A stretch of DNA of 64,000 nucleotides from Botryllus schlosseri. Lineage: Eukaryota. The position numbers were made by a program, and so were the translations under genes. How positions within the stretch are numbered: the stretch's first letter is position 1; each line of letters starts with the position of its first letter. The notes under the pieces were generated by a model that saw only the letters and a list, made by a program, of their open reading frames with translations, did not search any database and was not told where the DNA came from. The stretch covers positions 20,896,001-20,960,000 of the forward strand of contig CM119372.1 of the NCBI GenBank assembly GCA_051294905.1. Direction: 5' to 3'. This document shows positions 21,501 to 34,336 of this stretch, in pieces.

Positions 21501-22880
21501 CACATTTCGAACTGATGAACTTCCCGCATGATAACAAATTATAATGCGATTTTCCCTCTCTGCACAATTGGTAAAATTATCATTGGAATAACGAAGATGT
21601 CTAAACAACCTCTTTGGTGGCAATATTAGCTTACATGTCTGCACTTATGCGAACAACTCAGGGCACATGAGATTGCCACAGCGTCTCACCGATTGTGAAT
21701 TGTCGCCGGGAGCGACCAGATCCATCATATTTAGGTGAATTTAAGGGATACTTGTGTACCTCGAAATAAGTTGTCTGCAGTCTAGGTGTAATATATATGA
21801 CTATTAGATTCAGAAAATGTATAACTCATCTTCCGGAACAAAGTATAAGTCACCTTACCGATGAAATATATTGACCTGGTTAAATCATGTGGAGCGATTG
21901 CGCATTGCCGCAAATGCGATCATATCAAACACATTTAGGTGAATGTTGCAGAGGGTTGTGTACCTCGAAATAAGTTGTCTCCAGTCTAAGTTCAACATAG
22001 ATGACTATTAGATTCAGAAAATGTTTAACTTATCTTTCGGAACAAAGTTTACCTTACCCTGCCGATAAGATATGTTGATATGGTCAAATTGCATGAAGCG
22101 ATTGTGAATTGCCTTCTGTAGCAAGAAGATCCGCCATATTTAGGTGGATTTTAAGTAACTTGTGTACCTCGAAATATGCTGTCTTCTGTTTGGGTGTTAA
22201 ATAGATGACCATTAGCCCCAGGATATGTATATCTCATCTTCCGGATCAAAGTATAAGCTACCCTATCGACAAGATATATTGACATGGTGAAATTGCGTGA
22301 AACGATTGTGAATTGCCCTTTGTAGCGATCATAGATCCGACGTAATCAGTTGGATTTTAGGGTTACTTGTGTACCTCAAAATAAGTTCCCTCCAGTTTGG
22401 GTGTAAAGTAGACGACTACGAGATTCAGAAAAGGTATAACTCATCCTCCAGGAGTAAATTGGTTTAAAATAGTAATGGTAGGTCATATCTTATTTCCGCT
22501 TAGGAAATTTCATACAAGTATTCGGCCCAGATGACAGCAGTAAATAAACTGCATTTGATTACACTGGTCAACACATATTTTTAGACAGACAAAGTAAGAG
22601 TGGTTTTGGTTGTTCTGAAGGGCACTGATTCCGAATATGACCTTGTTTTTTTTTTTCTTTTTCAAATTGGCTCTTGTTTTGAAGATAACCCATGGGCCTA
22701 TTTTGACCAAAATCTCGCATTCCATTTTCGCTGTAATGGCTGGATAGAAAATCGGCTCGGTCGCACTATAAAGTTTAGAAATTCAATCTACATGTTATTT
22801 TGACGCACAAAAGACTCTTTTTAAATCAAAATACAGCAACGCCACTATATTTAGGTGTATTAGATTAATCATAGTTATAC

Positions 22881-23487
22881 CATAGTGTCCTATATGGTGT
22901 CGACACAAGCAAATCACACGGTTCAATGAAATTGTAACACGTCACAGTTTCCATTTGGCTAGAGGCAATTTGACGGTGATTTTTGACCGGCTTGCCGAGC
23001 ATTAAATTTGATGAATCGGGTATCAATCGAAAGCTGACGCTGTACTGCTTGCGAAAATATAAATTTTATTCCACTCATGGCCCTGGAACCCCTACAATCA
23101 GCCCCAAATTATTCATTGTCGAGTAGATTGGCAGTGTGACGCAACAATGCTGTCTGGCGAAACGAGAGACTAGATCAAGAGCAAGGATGCGGCCGAGCGG
23201 CGAGAGTGGGATCAGCTGACGTCGCGGCAATAGCAATGTGCAACCGCGCCACAGAGAAACGCTGCGCTGTTGATACTTTTTCTATGCGCTTCGGTACAAG
23301 CGAGCACACACCAGCCTTTCCTTGACTTGTAAGGGTAAACTGGGTCCACAGAATGTATTAGGGCCCTACCAATTTTCGCGCAATATCCTTCAGCTGATAG
23401 AGATATGTAGGCTACGTCTAAGTAGTCTACATTGGATATGTCAGATTATTATGATATCGATTGCCTCAGCCCGCTTGTTGCGTAGGG
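22881..23487. mobile_element. Left arm of the long P/Galileo-like element, cut by the duplication junction
   Basis: CATAGTGTCCTATATGG terminus; near-identical to 29826-30432. Confidence 0.85.
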
Positions 23488-23980
23488 CACCAGTCAGGGC
23501 ATCCAGCTCTGCCGTCGAAGATGCGGAAGAGAGGAGGTGAGTATCATCGGCGAACAGTGTGGTGTTCAATGAGGAGGTTTCAAAATGTCGTTGACATATA
23601 AGGTGAAAAGGACCGGTCCAAGTACTGAGCCCTGGGGCACACCACAGGTCACCGGGTGAGGAGAGGACAAGGTGTCTGAGATCGCAACCATTTGTTGGCG
23701 TCCAGTGAGGTAACTTTTCATGAGCTCAAGTTGTGGGCCCCGAAGTCCGTAACGCGCCAATTTCGAGATGAGAATTTTATGATCTACGCAGTCAAACGCT
23801 TTTTTTAGGTCGAGAAAAATGCTACATCCCACATTTCGCTTCTCTGAGATATCATAGTACTGTTCGGCCACTGTTAGGAGGGCATGAGCGGTTTGGTGTT
23901 TGTTTCGGAAGCCAAATTGTTGAGGGGAAATGACAGACATTTTGGCGAGGAATGAGGACAGGCGGGAGATGAGATATAGG
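23488..23980 (-). mobile_element. Duplicated CR1/L2 RT fragment
   Basis: Matches 19757-20250 (GVPQGSVLGP, DLKKAFD). Confidence 0.9.
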
Positions 23981-24510
23981 CCTACATTTCCTGAATCCAA
24001 TAGTCATATATTTTACACCCAGACTAGAGGCAGCTTATTTCGAGGTACACAAATTACTCTAAAATCCACCCAAATATGTCGGATCTGATCGCTACAAAGG
24101 TTAATTCACAATCGCTTCACGCAATTTGACCATGTCAATATATCCTATCGGTAGGGTAACTTATACTTTGTTCCGGAAGATGAGTTATACCTTCAATGAA
24201 TCTAATAGTCATCTATTTCACACCCAAATTGGAGGCATCTTATTTCAAGGTACACTACCATCCGCAAAATTCAACCAAATGTGTGTGATAAGATGGCCTA
24301 CTGCGACAATGCACGATCGCTTCACAAGATTTTACTATGTGAATATATCTTGTCGGTTGGGTAACTTAAACTTTGTTCCGGAAGATGAGTTATCTATTTT
24401 CTGATTGTAATCGTCATATACTTTGAATACAATCAATGAGTGATGACCGATGTTCAGATATATAAACAATAATTTTTATTATCAACGAAAATGAAAGAAC
24501 GGGCGATTAA

Positions 24511-25231
24511 TTTTTTTAACAATAAAGCGGCGTAGAACAATATTTGCCCATTTTCTCTGATGAAATCGAAGGCTTCTTTGACGTCCACGAAATGTACCTG
24601 ATAGTCGTTGAAACATATAGCCCCCCAAGGCAATTGAACGAGTACGACATCCAGTGACCACCAGCATCATTGCAACCTTTGTGAGTTATTGCGGATTTCA
24701 AAGTATATGTACGGGTACTACCATCTTGAAGCAATACTTTGATCTTTTCGTCAATTTGAATTGACGTAGCGGCTGTTAAGGTGCCAGTTGATTGTCTTGC
24801 CAACGAAATGATTAGAACATTATAGAGATCGACGTCAAACTATTTCTGACCAAGTTATTGGCGGAGCTGCAAACGCTGCAATGTCTGAAATCGATTTCGT
24901 TTTTGAAATGGTCCAAACAAGTTTGTATGCTTGTGCAAGAACTGGGTACTGGGACCATCAGATCTATTCTTCGATTAGTCTGCTTATAAATTGAATTACC
25001 ACAGTTGCAGCATTGATATTAACGATCGACGCTCACGAATGGTACGCAATTGAAACATTCCAAGGCAGTTGATACGAAAGGAGATGATAGAAACTCTTCT
25101 GAATCCAACTGATCGCCATACACGAAATCGCAGAAATCGCATGCTTCTTTAACCGATAAGTCATAAAAATCATCAGCAATCTCCTGTCTGTGTCTGCAAG
25201 TGTCCCGCGGCATAGCTTTCACCTTTCAAAT
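24511..25231 (-). pseudogene. Decayed USP fragment, copy 2
   Basis: Duplicate of 20780-21500. Confidence 0.75.
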
Positions 25232-25232
25232 C

Positions 25233-28200
25233 CAGAGGTGGACAGTAACGAAGTACTTCTACTTTTTCGAAGTACTCAAGTAGTTTTCCTCTACTTCTGG
25301 TACTTACTCAAGTAGATCTGATTTTCGCTACTTCTACTTCTACTCCGTAATATTTGGTGATCTACTTACTTACTTTTCGCTATTTTCAGTTTGTCAAGTA
25401 GAAGTAGTTCAATCCTCCAATCAGAAAGATAGCCTGAGGAATTTCGGGGCTGTTTTCACGGAGTATTAACATTTAATTTTCATAAAAGTTGAGTAAAGCC
25501 CAGTATTTTCGCCACACTTCGCGCGCAGTGGATACGGAGTAACCAATATGATTTCACGAAAGTATCGTTGAATATAATTTAGGTAGCGGGTTGGCGTGGT
25601 TACATTCACACCACATTGTCGCCCTTCGCCCATATGAAATATTTCATCACAGTATATATGGCTCATCACAACGTTTGAAACTGATGTTTCGCAATCTAGC
25701 ATTTACTTATCATATCGAAATCTAGCATGTCCATTGTCCATTGTCCATGGCGTGTCCTAATCTGGAAAAGTGGACTCTGACTTTTATTTTTAAGTTTTAG
25801 AGCTATTTTAGCATACCACCTTTGAAACTTTCTGGAGTAAAGACATGAAATACATGTTCTGGTTTTAGAAGTAGTATTTATATTTCACTTTCAATTCCCA
25901 GTATCATATACTTTGATCTCTAATTAATATCATTTTTTTGTCTGGATAACATCAGAGTTGGATCAATTGTAATTTGTAATTGTAATTGAATGTAATTAAT
26001 TACATTTTTTAATGTAATTGTAATGTAATTGTAATTGAAGCATTTTTATTTTGTGTAATTGTAATTTTAATTGTAATTTGACAAAAATTTTGCTCAATTA
26101 CAATTTCAATTACATTAAATTGCTATTGAGACCTGACAAGCACAACATAAAATAATTGACTTATAATGCATTCTCTCTTCAAATGTCGACAAGGAATTTG
26201 GAGGATCCATTCACAATTTGGAGGATCCATTCGCGGAAGCCCTTAACTGCGCCCTTGCGGGCGAAGTTTTTTTTATTTTTACCGCAATGCTGGCCTCGGC
26301 TGCCATTGTATACAATTTTTAGATTACTAACCAACGGATGGATTCGCAACACGTGACTCACGATTGCATACGCCGAGAAGCGAACTGCTGATCCGGCTAA
26401 AAGCAGCAGAATTGATAGTCCCATAGCTGGCGATCCAAGCGTCGAAATTTGATATGTATGGTCCTAATCGAAAGCTAGTGTCGCACTGACTCCGCAATAA
26501 AAGTATATTTCCCGGCAATGGTACCATCCCAAAATAGTCGTGAAAGTCTGGGAATCGGCATTGTTCTGAACAATCGCTGGGCGTATTTGGTAATTGTTGT
26601 GGTCATGCTGCTGCAGCGCTCTCACTTTTCAGAACAGTCGGCCTTAAACGGATATTTTGGAGCAGTTACATTGCCCTGACGAGATTTTATTTTGTATTTT
26701 CGGAATTAGTACATCAATAGCTTACGATAAAGACCAGATGCATCAAATTTGGACGCATGGATCGCCAGCTCTAGGACTACAAAGTTTGCTGCAGTACGTT
26801 TGTCGGTGCATTCATCCGTGACTCACATCTTGCGCATCAATCCGTGGGTTGGCAATCTACAATACGATTTCAGATCACGATGCTGCATCGCTACTTCGTC
26901 TGGCTAACTAACCAGACCAGTGGATATTATATAACGTCTTATCTGACAAAGCACGGTTTTGTTTTTACTCCTCATCCTAATTCCTACGTCCCTCGATAAA
27001 AATAATATTATTTCTTTAATTATATACTATATACGCAAATCCAACACGTGCATATATTATAATACTTTTTTCAACGACATACTGCACCCTATCCTTAATC
27101 CTAACCCGTAGGAAATTAGGTAAATAACATTTCACATTTCCAATTACGTGAGCCATAATTACCGAGCATACAAAACAAGCTTATATTACGTCACAATGAC
27201 ATCTTACATAGCATACTATGTACGCACATAAACGCATTTATTACTACACAATCTGAACTAGACTTGAATTGTTGTTAAATACGACGCTACGGTTGTCAAG
27301 GAGCACGGTTGAATTTATGATTATTCAATTACATGTTCAACAGCAGCAATTGTAATTGTAATTGTAATGTAATTGAAGCATGCAAGGAGTAATTGTAATT
27401 GTAATTGTAATTTGATATTTTTAAAATGGAGTAATTGTAATTGTAATGTAATTGAAACATGCATGAAAGTAATTGTAATTGTAATTGTAATTGAACTGAA
27501 ATAATGTAATTGATCCAACTCTGGATAACATGCACGTTGAAGTATAAAAGCAAGTGTCGTAATGCCTTTATTTTCCGGAAATAAAGCTACACAGCATGGC
27601 ATTTTTACGGTCCACCATATTTTTTATCAACGTTTATTATTCGCGCAATGTATTGGTCTTCAACTAAACTACGGGCCTTATAATGTAAGGTAGGGCGCAG
27701 AACCATGATATTTTCTAAAACGTGCTGTTCGAGAAAACAGAGGATTAGTATCATATTTCCATATCAATACTATCATTTTCATCCCATGATGCGGACGAAT
27801 GCTTATTCTGTCAAAAATTGGATACCTCCTGGTATGTAAAATAATAATCGTTATATTTTTCATCTGAATAATAGTCACACACAATGCACAATGCGATATA
27901 ATGAACACATATAGGAGGATATCGAACGACACGCAGGTGCGATCTTTTCAGACTGACATCCACCTCGTCCTAGAGTGCCCGATGTCAAAGTTCTTTTCGA
28001 TGATGATCTTTTCGAAGCCGTGGCCCTTTCTAGATCTTTCCATTCCTTGTGAGTGCTTTCCATCGTCGGGTCTTTTTCTGCCCTTTTTTTTTGACGGTGG
28101 GGGAAGAGGAGCCCAGATAAACCTCCGACGAGAATCGAATTGGAGCCACCCGATTTGTAGGCGCTTATCGTCACCACTGCCCCATCAATATGAATCGTGA

Positions 28201-28441
28201 TCGCCACCTTTCGCATAGCTCAATTTGCACCTTTTGACAATCCATATGAACGAATTTGGACCGTTTTCACAACTACTACTTACTTACTTGAGTAGATTTA
28301 AAATCAGTCAATTCTACTTCTACTTCAAGTAGTTTTAGGTTGCTTCTGGAAGAAGTACTTCTACTCGTACTTGAGTAGATTTTTTCGTCGCTACTTCTAC
28401 TTCTACTTGAGTAGCTTTCTTGACTACTTTGACCACCTCTG
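25233..28441. mobile_element. Non-autonomous hAT element (agtact/ctactt subterminal repeats)
   Basis: CAGAGGTGG..CCACCTCTG; TSD ttcaaatc (25225-25232 / 28442-28449); empty site present at ~21494-21501. Confidence 0.95.
25953..27523. mobile_element. Nested non-autonomous hAT element (gtaatt subterminal repeats)
   Basis: CAGAGTTGGATCAATT..AATTGATCCAACTCTG; TSD gataacat (25945-25952 / 27524-27531). Confidence 0.95.
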
Positions 28442-29825
28442 TTCAAATCACATTTCGAACTGATGAACTTCCCGCATGATAACAAATTATAATGCGATTT
28501 TCCCTCTCTGCACAATTGGTAAAATTATCATTGGAATAACGAAGATGTCTAAACAACCTCTTTGGTGGCAATATTAGCTTACATGTCTACACTTATGCGA
28601 ACAACTCAGGGCACATGAGATTGCCACAGCGTCTCACCGATTGTGAATTGTCGCCGGGAGCGACCAGATCCATCATATTTAGGTGAATTTAAGGGATACT
28701 TGTGTACCTCGAAATAAGTTGTCTGCAGTCTAGGTGTAATATATATGACTATTAGATTCAGAAAATGTATAACTCATCTTCCGGAACAAAGTATAAGTCA
28801 CCTTACCGATGAAATATATTGACCTGGTTAAATCATGTGGAGCGATTGCGCATTGCCGCAAATGCGATCATATCAAACACATTTAGGTGAATGTTGCAGA
28901 GGGTTGTGTACCTCGAAATAAGTTGTCTCCAGTCTAAGTTCAACATAGATGACTATTAGATTCAGAAAATGTTTAACTTATCTTTCGGAACAAAGTTTAC
29001 CTTACCCTGCCGATAAGATATGTTGATATGGTCAAATTGCATGAAGCGATTGTGAATTGCCTTCTGTAGCAAGAAGATCCGCCATATTTAGGTGGATTTT
29101 AAGTAACTTGTGTACCTCGAAATATGCTGTCTTCTGTTTGGGTGTTAAATAGATGACCATTAGCCCCAGGATATGTATATCTCATCTTCCAGATCAAAGT
29201 ATAAGCTACCCTATCGACAAGATATATTGACATGGTGAAATTGCGTGAAACGATTGTGAATTGCCCTTTGTAGCGATCATAGATCCGACGTAATCAGTTG
29301 GATTTTAGGGTTACTTGTGTACCTCAAAATAAGTTCCCTCCAGTTTGGGTGTAAAGTAGACGACTACGAGATTCAGAAAAGGTATAACTCATCCTCCAGG
29401 AGTAAATTGGTTTAAAATAGTAATGGTAGGTCATATCTTATTTCCGCTTAGGAAATTTCATACAAGTATTCGGCCCAGATGACAGCAGTAAATAAACTGC
29501 ATTTGATTACACTGGTCAACACATATTTTTAGACAGACAAAGTAAGAGTGGTTTTGGTTGTTCTGAAGGGCACTGATTCCGAATATGACCTTGTTTTTTT
29601 TCTTTTTCAAATTGGCTCTTGTTTTGAAGATAACCCATGGGCCTATTTTGACCAAAATCTCGCATTCCATTTTCGCTGTAATGGCTGGATAGAAAATCGG
29701 CTCGGTCGCACTATAAAGTTTAGAAATTCAATCTACATGTTATTTTTACGCACAAAAGACTCTTTTTAAATCAAAATACAGCAACGCCACTATATTTAGG
29801 TGTATTAGATTAATCATAGTTATAC

Positions 29826-32800
29826 CATAGTGTCCTATATGGTGTCGACACAAGCAAATCACACGGTTCAATGAAATTGTAACACGTCACAGTTTCCATT
29901 TGGCTAGAGGCAATTTGACGGTGATTTTTGACCGGCTTGCCGAGCAATAAATTTGATGAATCGGGTATCAATCGAAAGCTGACGCTGTACTGCTTGCGAA
30001 AATATAAATTTTATTCCACTCATGGCCCTGGAACCCCTACAATCAGCCCCAAATTATTCATTGTCGAGTAGATTGGCAGTGTGACGCAACAATGCTGTCT
30101 GGCGAAACGAGAGACTAGATCAAGAGCAAGGATGCGGCCGAGCGGCGAGAGTGGGATCAGCTGACGTCGCGGCAATAGCAATGTGCAACCGCGCCACAGA
30201 GAAACGCTGCGCTGTTGATACTTTTTCTATGCGCTTCGGTACAAGCGAGCACACACCAGCCTTTCCTTGACTTGTAAGGGTAAACTGGGTCCACAGAATG
30301 TATTAGGGCCCTACCAATTTTCGCGCAATATCCTTCAGCTGATAGAGATATGTAGGCTACGTCTAAGTAGTCTACATTGGATATGTCAGATTATTATGAT
30401 ATCGATTGCCTCAGCCCGCTTGTTGCGTAGGGCTCCAGAGATGCGTGGCGCTGTTGATGCTTTCTATAGGCGCTTCGCTAAAAGTGAGCACACACCAGCC
30501 TTTCCTTGACTTGTAAGGGTAGAACTGGGTCCACATAATGTATTAGGGCCCTACCAATTTTCGCGCAATATCCTTCAGCTGATAGAGATATGTAGGCTAC
30601 GTCTAAGGAGTCTACATTGGATATGTCAGATTATTATGATATCGATTACCTTAGCCCGCTTGTTGCGTAGGGCTCCAGAGACACGTCGCGCTGTTGATGG
30701 CGGGTGTCGATACTTTCTATAGTCGCTTTTATGGTTAAGTGTGAGCAAGGAGCATTGAGCATGAGCATACATTACAAGCTTTTATTTGATCCGTATGGGT
30801 AGGACTTGGTCCGCGAATGCAGCAGGTAAAATGTTGATTGTTGAATAAAGTTTAACAGCAGGAGTGTCGAATTAAACTGGTATCGCTGTCCGGATTCAAT
30901 CCGTTACTAGAAAGCTTGCGGGCCATACCTGCCAAATGATTCCAAATTGTTACCACCAAATTCATACCTTTGTTTTTCACTGGAATATATCTGATATCAC
31001 TATAAACCAGTGGTTCTTAACCTTTTTTCTTCCAGCGCCCCCTTTCAAAAATTATCGTGCTCCAGCGCCCCCCTAACTTCATATTGTAAGGAATGTAACA
31101 AAGACAATGAGTAAGAGGGAGGGCCGTAACAGCACTTCGTTAACCCCCCTAAAAACGATTGCCTTGCGCACCCATAGCGTGATAAACCGAACTTCTGAGG
31201 GCTTCGCCCCCACGAACCCCATATCGTGATTTTGATGGTCAGCAAAGTTTTTGTGGCCTGGTCGCCCTAAGTACCAAAATTTTCCATAATGCATGAATGA
31301 ATAGGTGGTAATTACATATATAAGTCGCTATATAAACTTTTTATCCTCTGAGCCCACGTAATCAGATTTACCAGTAGCACTGAGTGAGCTGTTGTATAGG
31401 AAAATAAAGGGCACGTAATTAATAATTAAACATATTCGGGCGTGCCCGCAGGTACAATTATTCGTTACCAGGGCCGTAACAGCACTTCGTCAGCCCCCCC
31501 CCCAAACAAAAAACGTTGGTCCTGGGCCCCCATCGGGTGATAAACCAAACTTGCGGGGGACTTCACTCCCAGACCCCCATTAGGTATCTACATTGGGTGT
31601 CCATTTACTGAGGCAGCTATTCTCGCCTATTCGCGCGAAGTGCGAAAAATTTCACTAATTAATGATTGAATTGGTAAATATCATCGGGAATTGCATGTAA
31701 ATTGAGATCAATTTTTGTCCTCTCTCTGCTCACGTAAACACATGTACCGGTAGAGCTGAGTGAGGTGCAATGTTCCCTCTAAGCTGCGCACGTGCGCAGT
31801 GCTGACACGGTCTCTGCACACAGAAAATCTACGTTGCGCGCAACAAATCCGGAGTTATTACCTTTTTCTAGTCGTTACGCACTGTTGTCCAAGGGTCAGC
31901 GCAGTGAGTTGTTGAGTGTGCGCAGGCCGCAGACTCATCAAAACTTGAAGCGAACATTGTGAGGTTTCTTGGAAACTGTAGGGCCCGTTACTAATAATTA
32001 AACATATTCGGGCGGGCGAACCCGTTGGTATGACTTCGTTGCATGATGTTATTTCGTGACCCCCTGTCTGCAATATCAAAAAATATAGAATCGCTCAACG
32101 GGGATATCGCCCAACAGGAATATCCCTGTCGTCCAATCGTACTAAACTAAAAGACGCACACGATTTCAGATTGATATTTCTTTACTGACATATAATTTTT
32201 CCCTGCCAGATGGAATTCGTCTTCTGGGGTTCTGATTGCCAAGACAGGAACATTCGGTGTCAGTCATTTAGGCGCCCATGGACAATTAAACCTATATGTA
32301 TTTTGATGGCTATATGTAACGACGTTTTCGGTGTTAATTTGCTCTGAATACTCATTAAGGATATGTCCTATCACCACATCATCTACTGCGAAGCCATTTT
32401 TCTCCAGCGCCCCCCAAACCGCCCCCCCGAGCCCAGCGCCCCCCATATCGCCCCCTGAGCGTTTCCGCCCCCCTTCAAGATCGCCAGCGCCCCCTGGGGG
32501 GCGCTGGTGGCAAGGTTAAGAACCACTGCTATAAACGTTGACGTTGGAATTTGGTTTAGCATTTTTCAATCACCAAACAGTTTTTTTGAATGCGGGCGAC
32601 CTTTTGCGTCAAAAGTAATACAGTGGTATCACAGATATTTGAATTATATTCATTCTGTAGCCTGTATATATATTCCTAATGTAACTTACGTAAAACATAT
32701 TTGCAGTATTTTTTGCGTCTGTGAATAACTGAATGTCCATCGTCCATTCGGCCCAACTGAGTTCGCACTTTTTCGCCTTCTCGGAATTTGGCAAGGTCAC

Positions 32801-33460
32801 CGACGTGGTGCTTATGGGGACTAGAGTGAAAACTCAACACTGTAGTTGTATTACTACAATATGATATTTTTACATCATCTAAATTTGCTGTCTTGAGTGA
32901 ATCTTATTACTTGAAAGTATATTTTTCTTACTAGAAATATCTCTAACAGCTGAAGGACTGCGCGAAAATTGGTAGGGACCAAATACATTCTGTGGATCCA
33001 GTTCTACCCTTACAAGTCAAGGAAAGGCTGGTGTGTGCTCGCTTTTAGCGAAGCGCATAGAAAAAGTATCAACAGCGCAGCGTTTCTCTGTGGCGCGGTT
33101 GCGCATTGCTATTGCCGCGGCGTCAGCTGATCCCACTCTCGCCGCTCGGCCGCATCGTTGCTCTTGAGCTAGTCTCTCGTTTCGCCAGACATCATTGTTG
33201 CGTCACACTGCCAATCTACTCGACAATGAATAATTTGGGGCAGATTGTGGGGTTCCAGGGCCATGAGTGGAATAAAATTTATATTTTCGCAAGCAGTACA
33301 GCGTCAGCTTTCGATTGATACCCGATTCATCAAATTTAATGCTCGGCATGTCGGTCAAAAATCACCGTCAAATTGCCTGCAGCCAAATGGAAACTGTGAC
33401 GTGATACAATTTCATTGAACCGTGCGATTTGCTTGTGTCGATACCATATAGGACACTATG
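29826..33460. mobile_element. Long P/Galileo-like foldback element (~520-bp inverted arms), flanks not matching
   Basis: CATAGTGTCC at 29826 and GGACACTATG ending 33460. Arms ~29826-30345 and ~32940-33460 are inverted. Internal ~240-bp direct duplication at ~30247-30697. Confidence 0.8.
31008..32528. mobile_element. Non-autonomous hAT (Charlie-like) element
   Basis: CAGTGGTTCTTAACCTT..AAGGTTAAGAACCACTG; TSD ctataaac (31000-31007 / 32529-32536). Confidence 0.93.
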
Positions 33461-33509
33461 ATTCGACACAGCGCTGATAAATTTCCTACGCTCTGCTGCA
33501 TTTAGCATT

Positions 33510-33890
33510 TATATATACTATTTTCTTCAAATCAATATACCACAAGATTGCGATATAATTTGAATAGATGGCAAGGTGCCGATTCTATTTAGAGTAGTCT
33601 TTTAATCAGACACCCACCTTGGCCTACAGTATGTAAACAAGAGGCATGTAGGACAGGTGCACCTGGTTTAAAAAAGGATAGCATAAAAGGAAGCGGCGGA
33701 AATTAATGCTGCACGTGTGGGTTGGCGAGGTCGATATGTAAGATTGTGGTCCGATAGTCTTGAGGGCTGAATAGTACTTATTCAATCGAACTTGCCGGTA
33801 TTTTGATTTGACTCTGTACACTGAACATGCTCGATGATTTTCGGATAGCCGGCGATATGCTGTTACACACTATAGGCCCAGCATAGTTTC
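33510..33890 (-). mobile_element. CR1/L2 3'-end fragment
   Basis: Similar to ~18760-19110 (cagacacccaccttggccta, catgctcga..tcggatagccggc). Confidence 0.75.
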
Positions 33891-34336
33891 GCAGCCACAT
33901 TATCTGGTTCAGTATGCCCATCTTACCTATCTTCATACTCTCTGTTTGTTTTCATGTTTCAGTTGTATAAAATAGGAACTCATTCTCTCTCTCTCGCTGA
34001 TATTTGGGCCCCCAGCCCCCCACCCTTCGTCGCTGTTTTTACGAATGGAAGGCTCAATGAAGGACGGATACAATAAAGAGATTGAACCGCCAAAAGGAAA
34101 CGAGTTACATTACTGTTTTGACGTTGAAATGCAATCGTTCAACGGAACAAGATATTTGAAAATGAAACGATGATCGACTGTCGATGCTCTTTTCGACAAA
34201 TTAAAATTACCCTGCAATAATGCTTCGCTTCAGTGATTTTGATGAAGACGAATCACAAAAAACGTCGCAGACGGATTTCGAGATGAATTTAATGAGCGAA
34301 ATCTAAGCGGAGTTGTTTTGGTGATAAACAGGGGTC

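Larger units (their letters stand above)
15825..22541. mobile_element. Foldback-type element with arms of ~205-bp tandem repeats, USP cargo and nested insertions
   Basis: Left end actgctgtc..ctgggccgaatacttgtatgaaatttcctaagcgg is the reverse complement of ~22495-22541. ~205-bp units (cggtagggtaacttatactttgttccggaagatgagttatacc..) start near 16078, 16294, 18518, 18721, 20418, 20624 on + and are inverted at ~21690-22500. Confidence 0.75.
19757..30433 (+). repeat. Tandem segmental duplication: 19757-23487 and 23488-30433 (copy 2 carries a 3.2-kb hAT insertion)
   Basis: ORFs repeat at offset 3731 (19835/23566, 20395/24126, 21288/25019) and ~6948 after the insertion; only scattered substitutions seen. 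Confidence 0.95.

Noticed and set aside
16078..22500. CRISPR-like array or protein-coding repeat
   Set aside because: Whole ~205-bp units are homologous with no unique spacers, reading frames are not maintained, and the context is eukaryotic.
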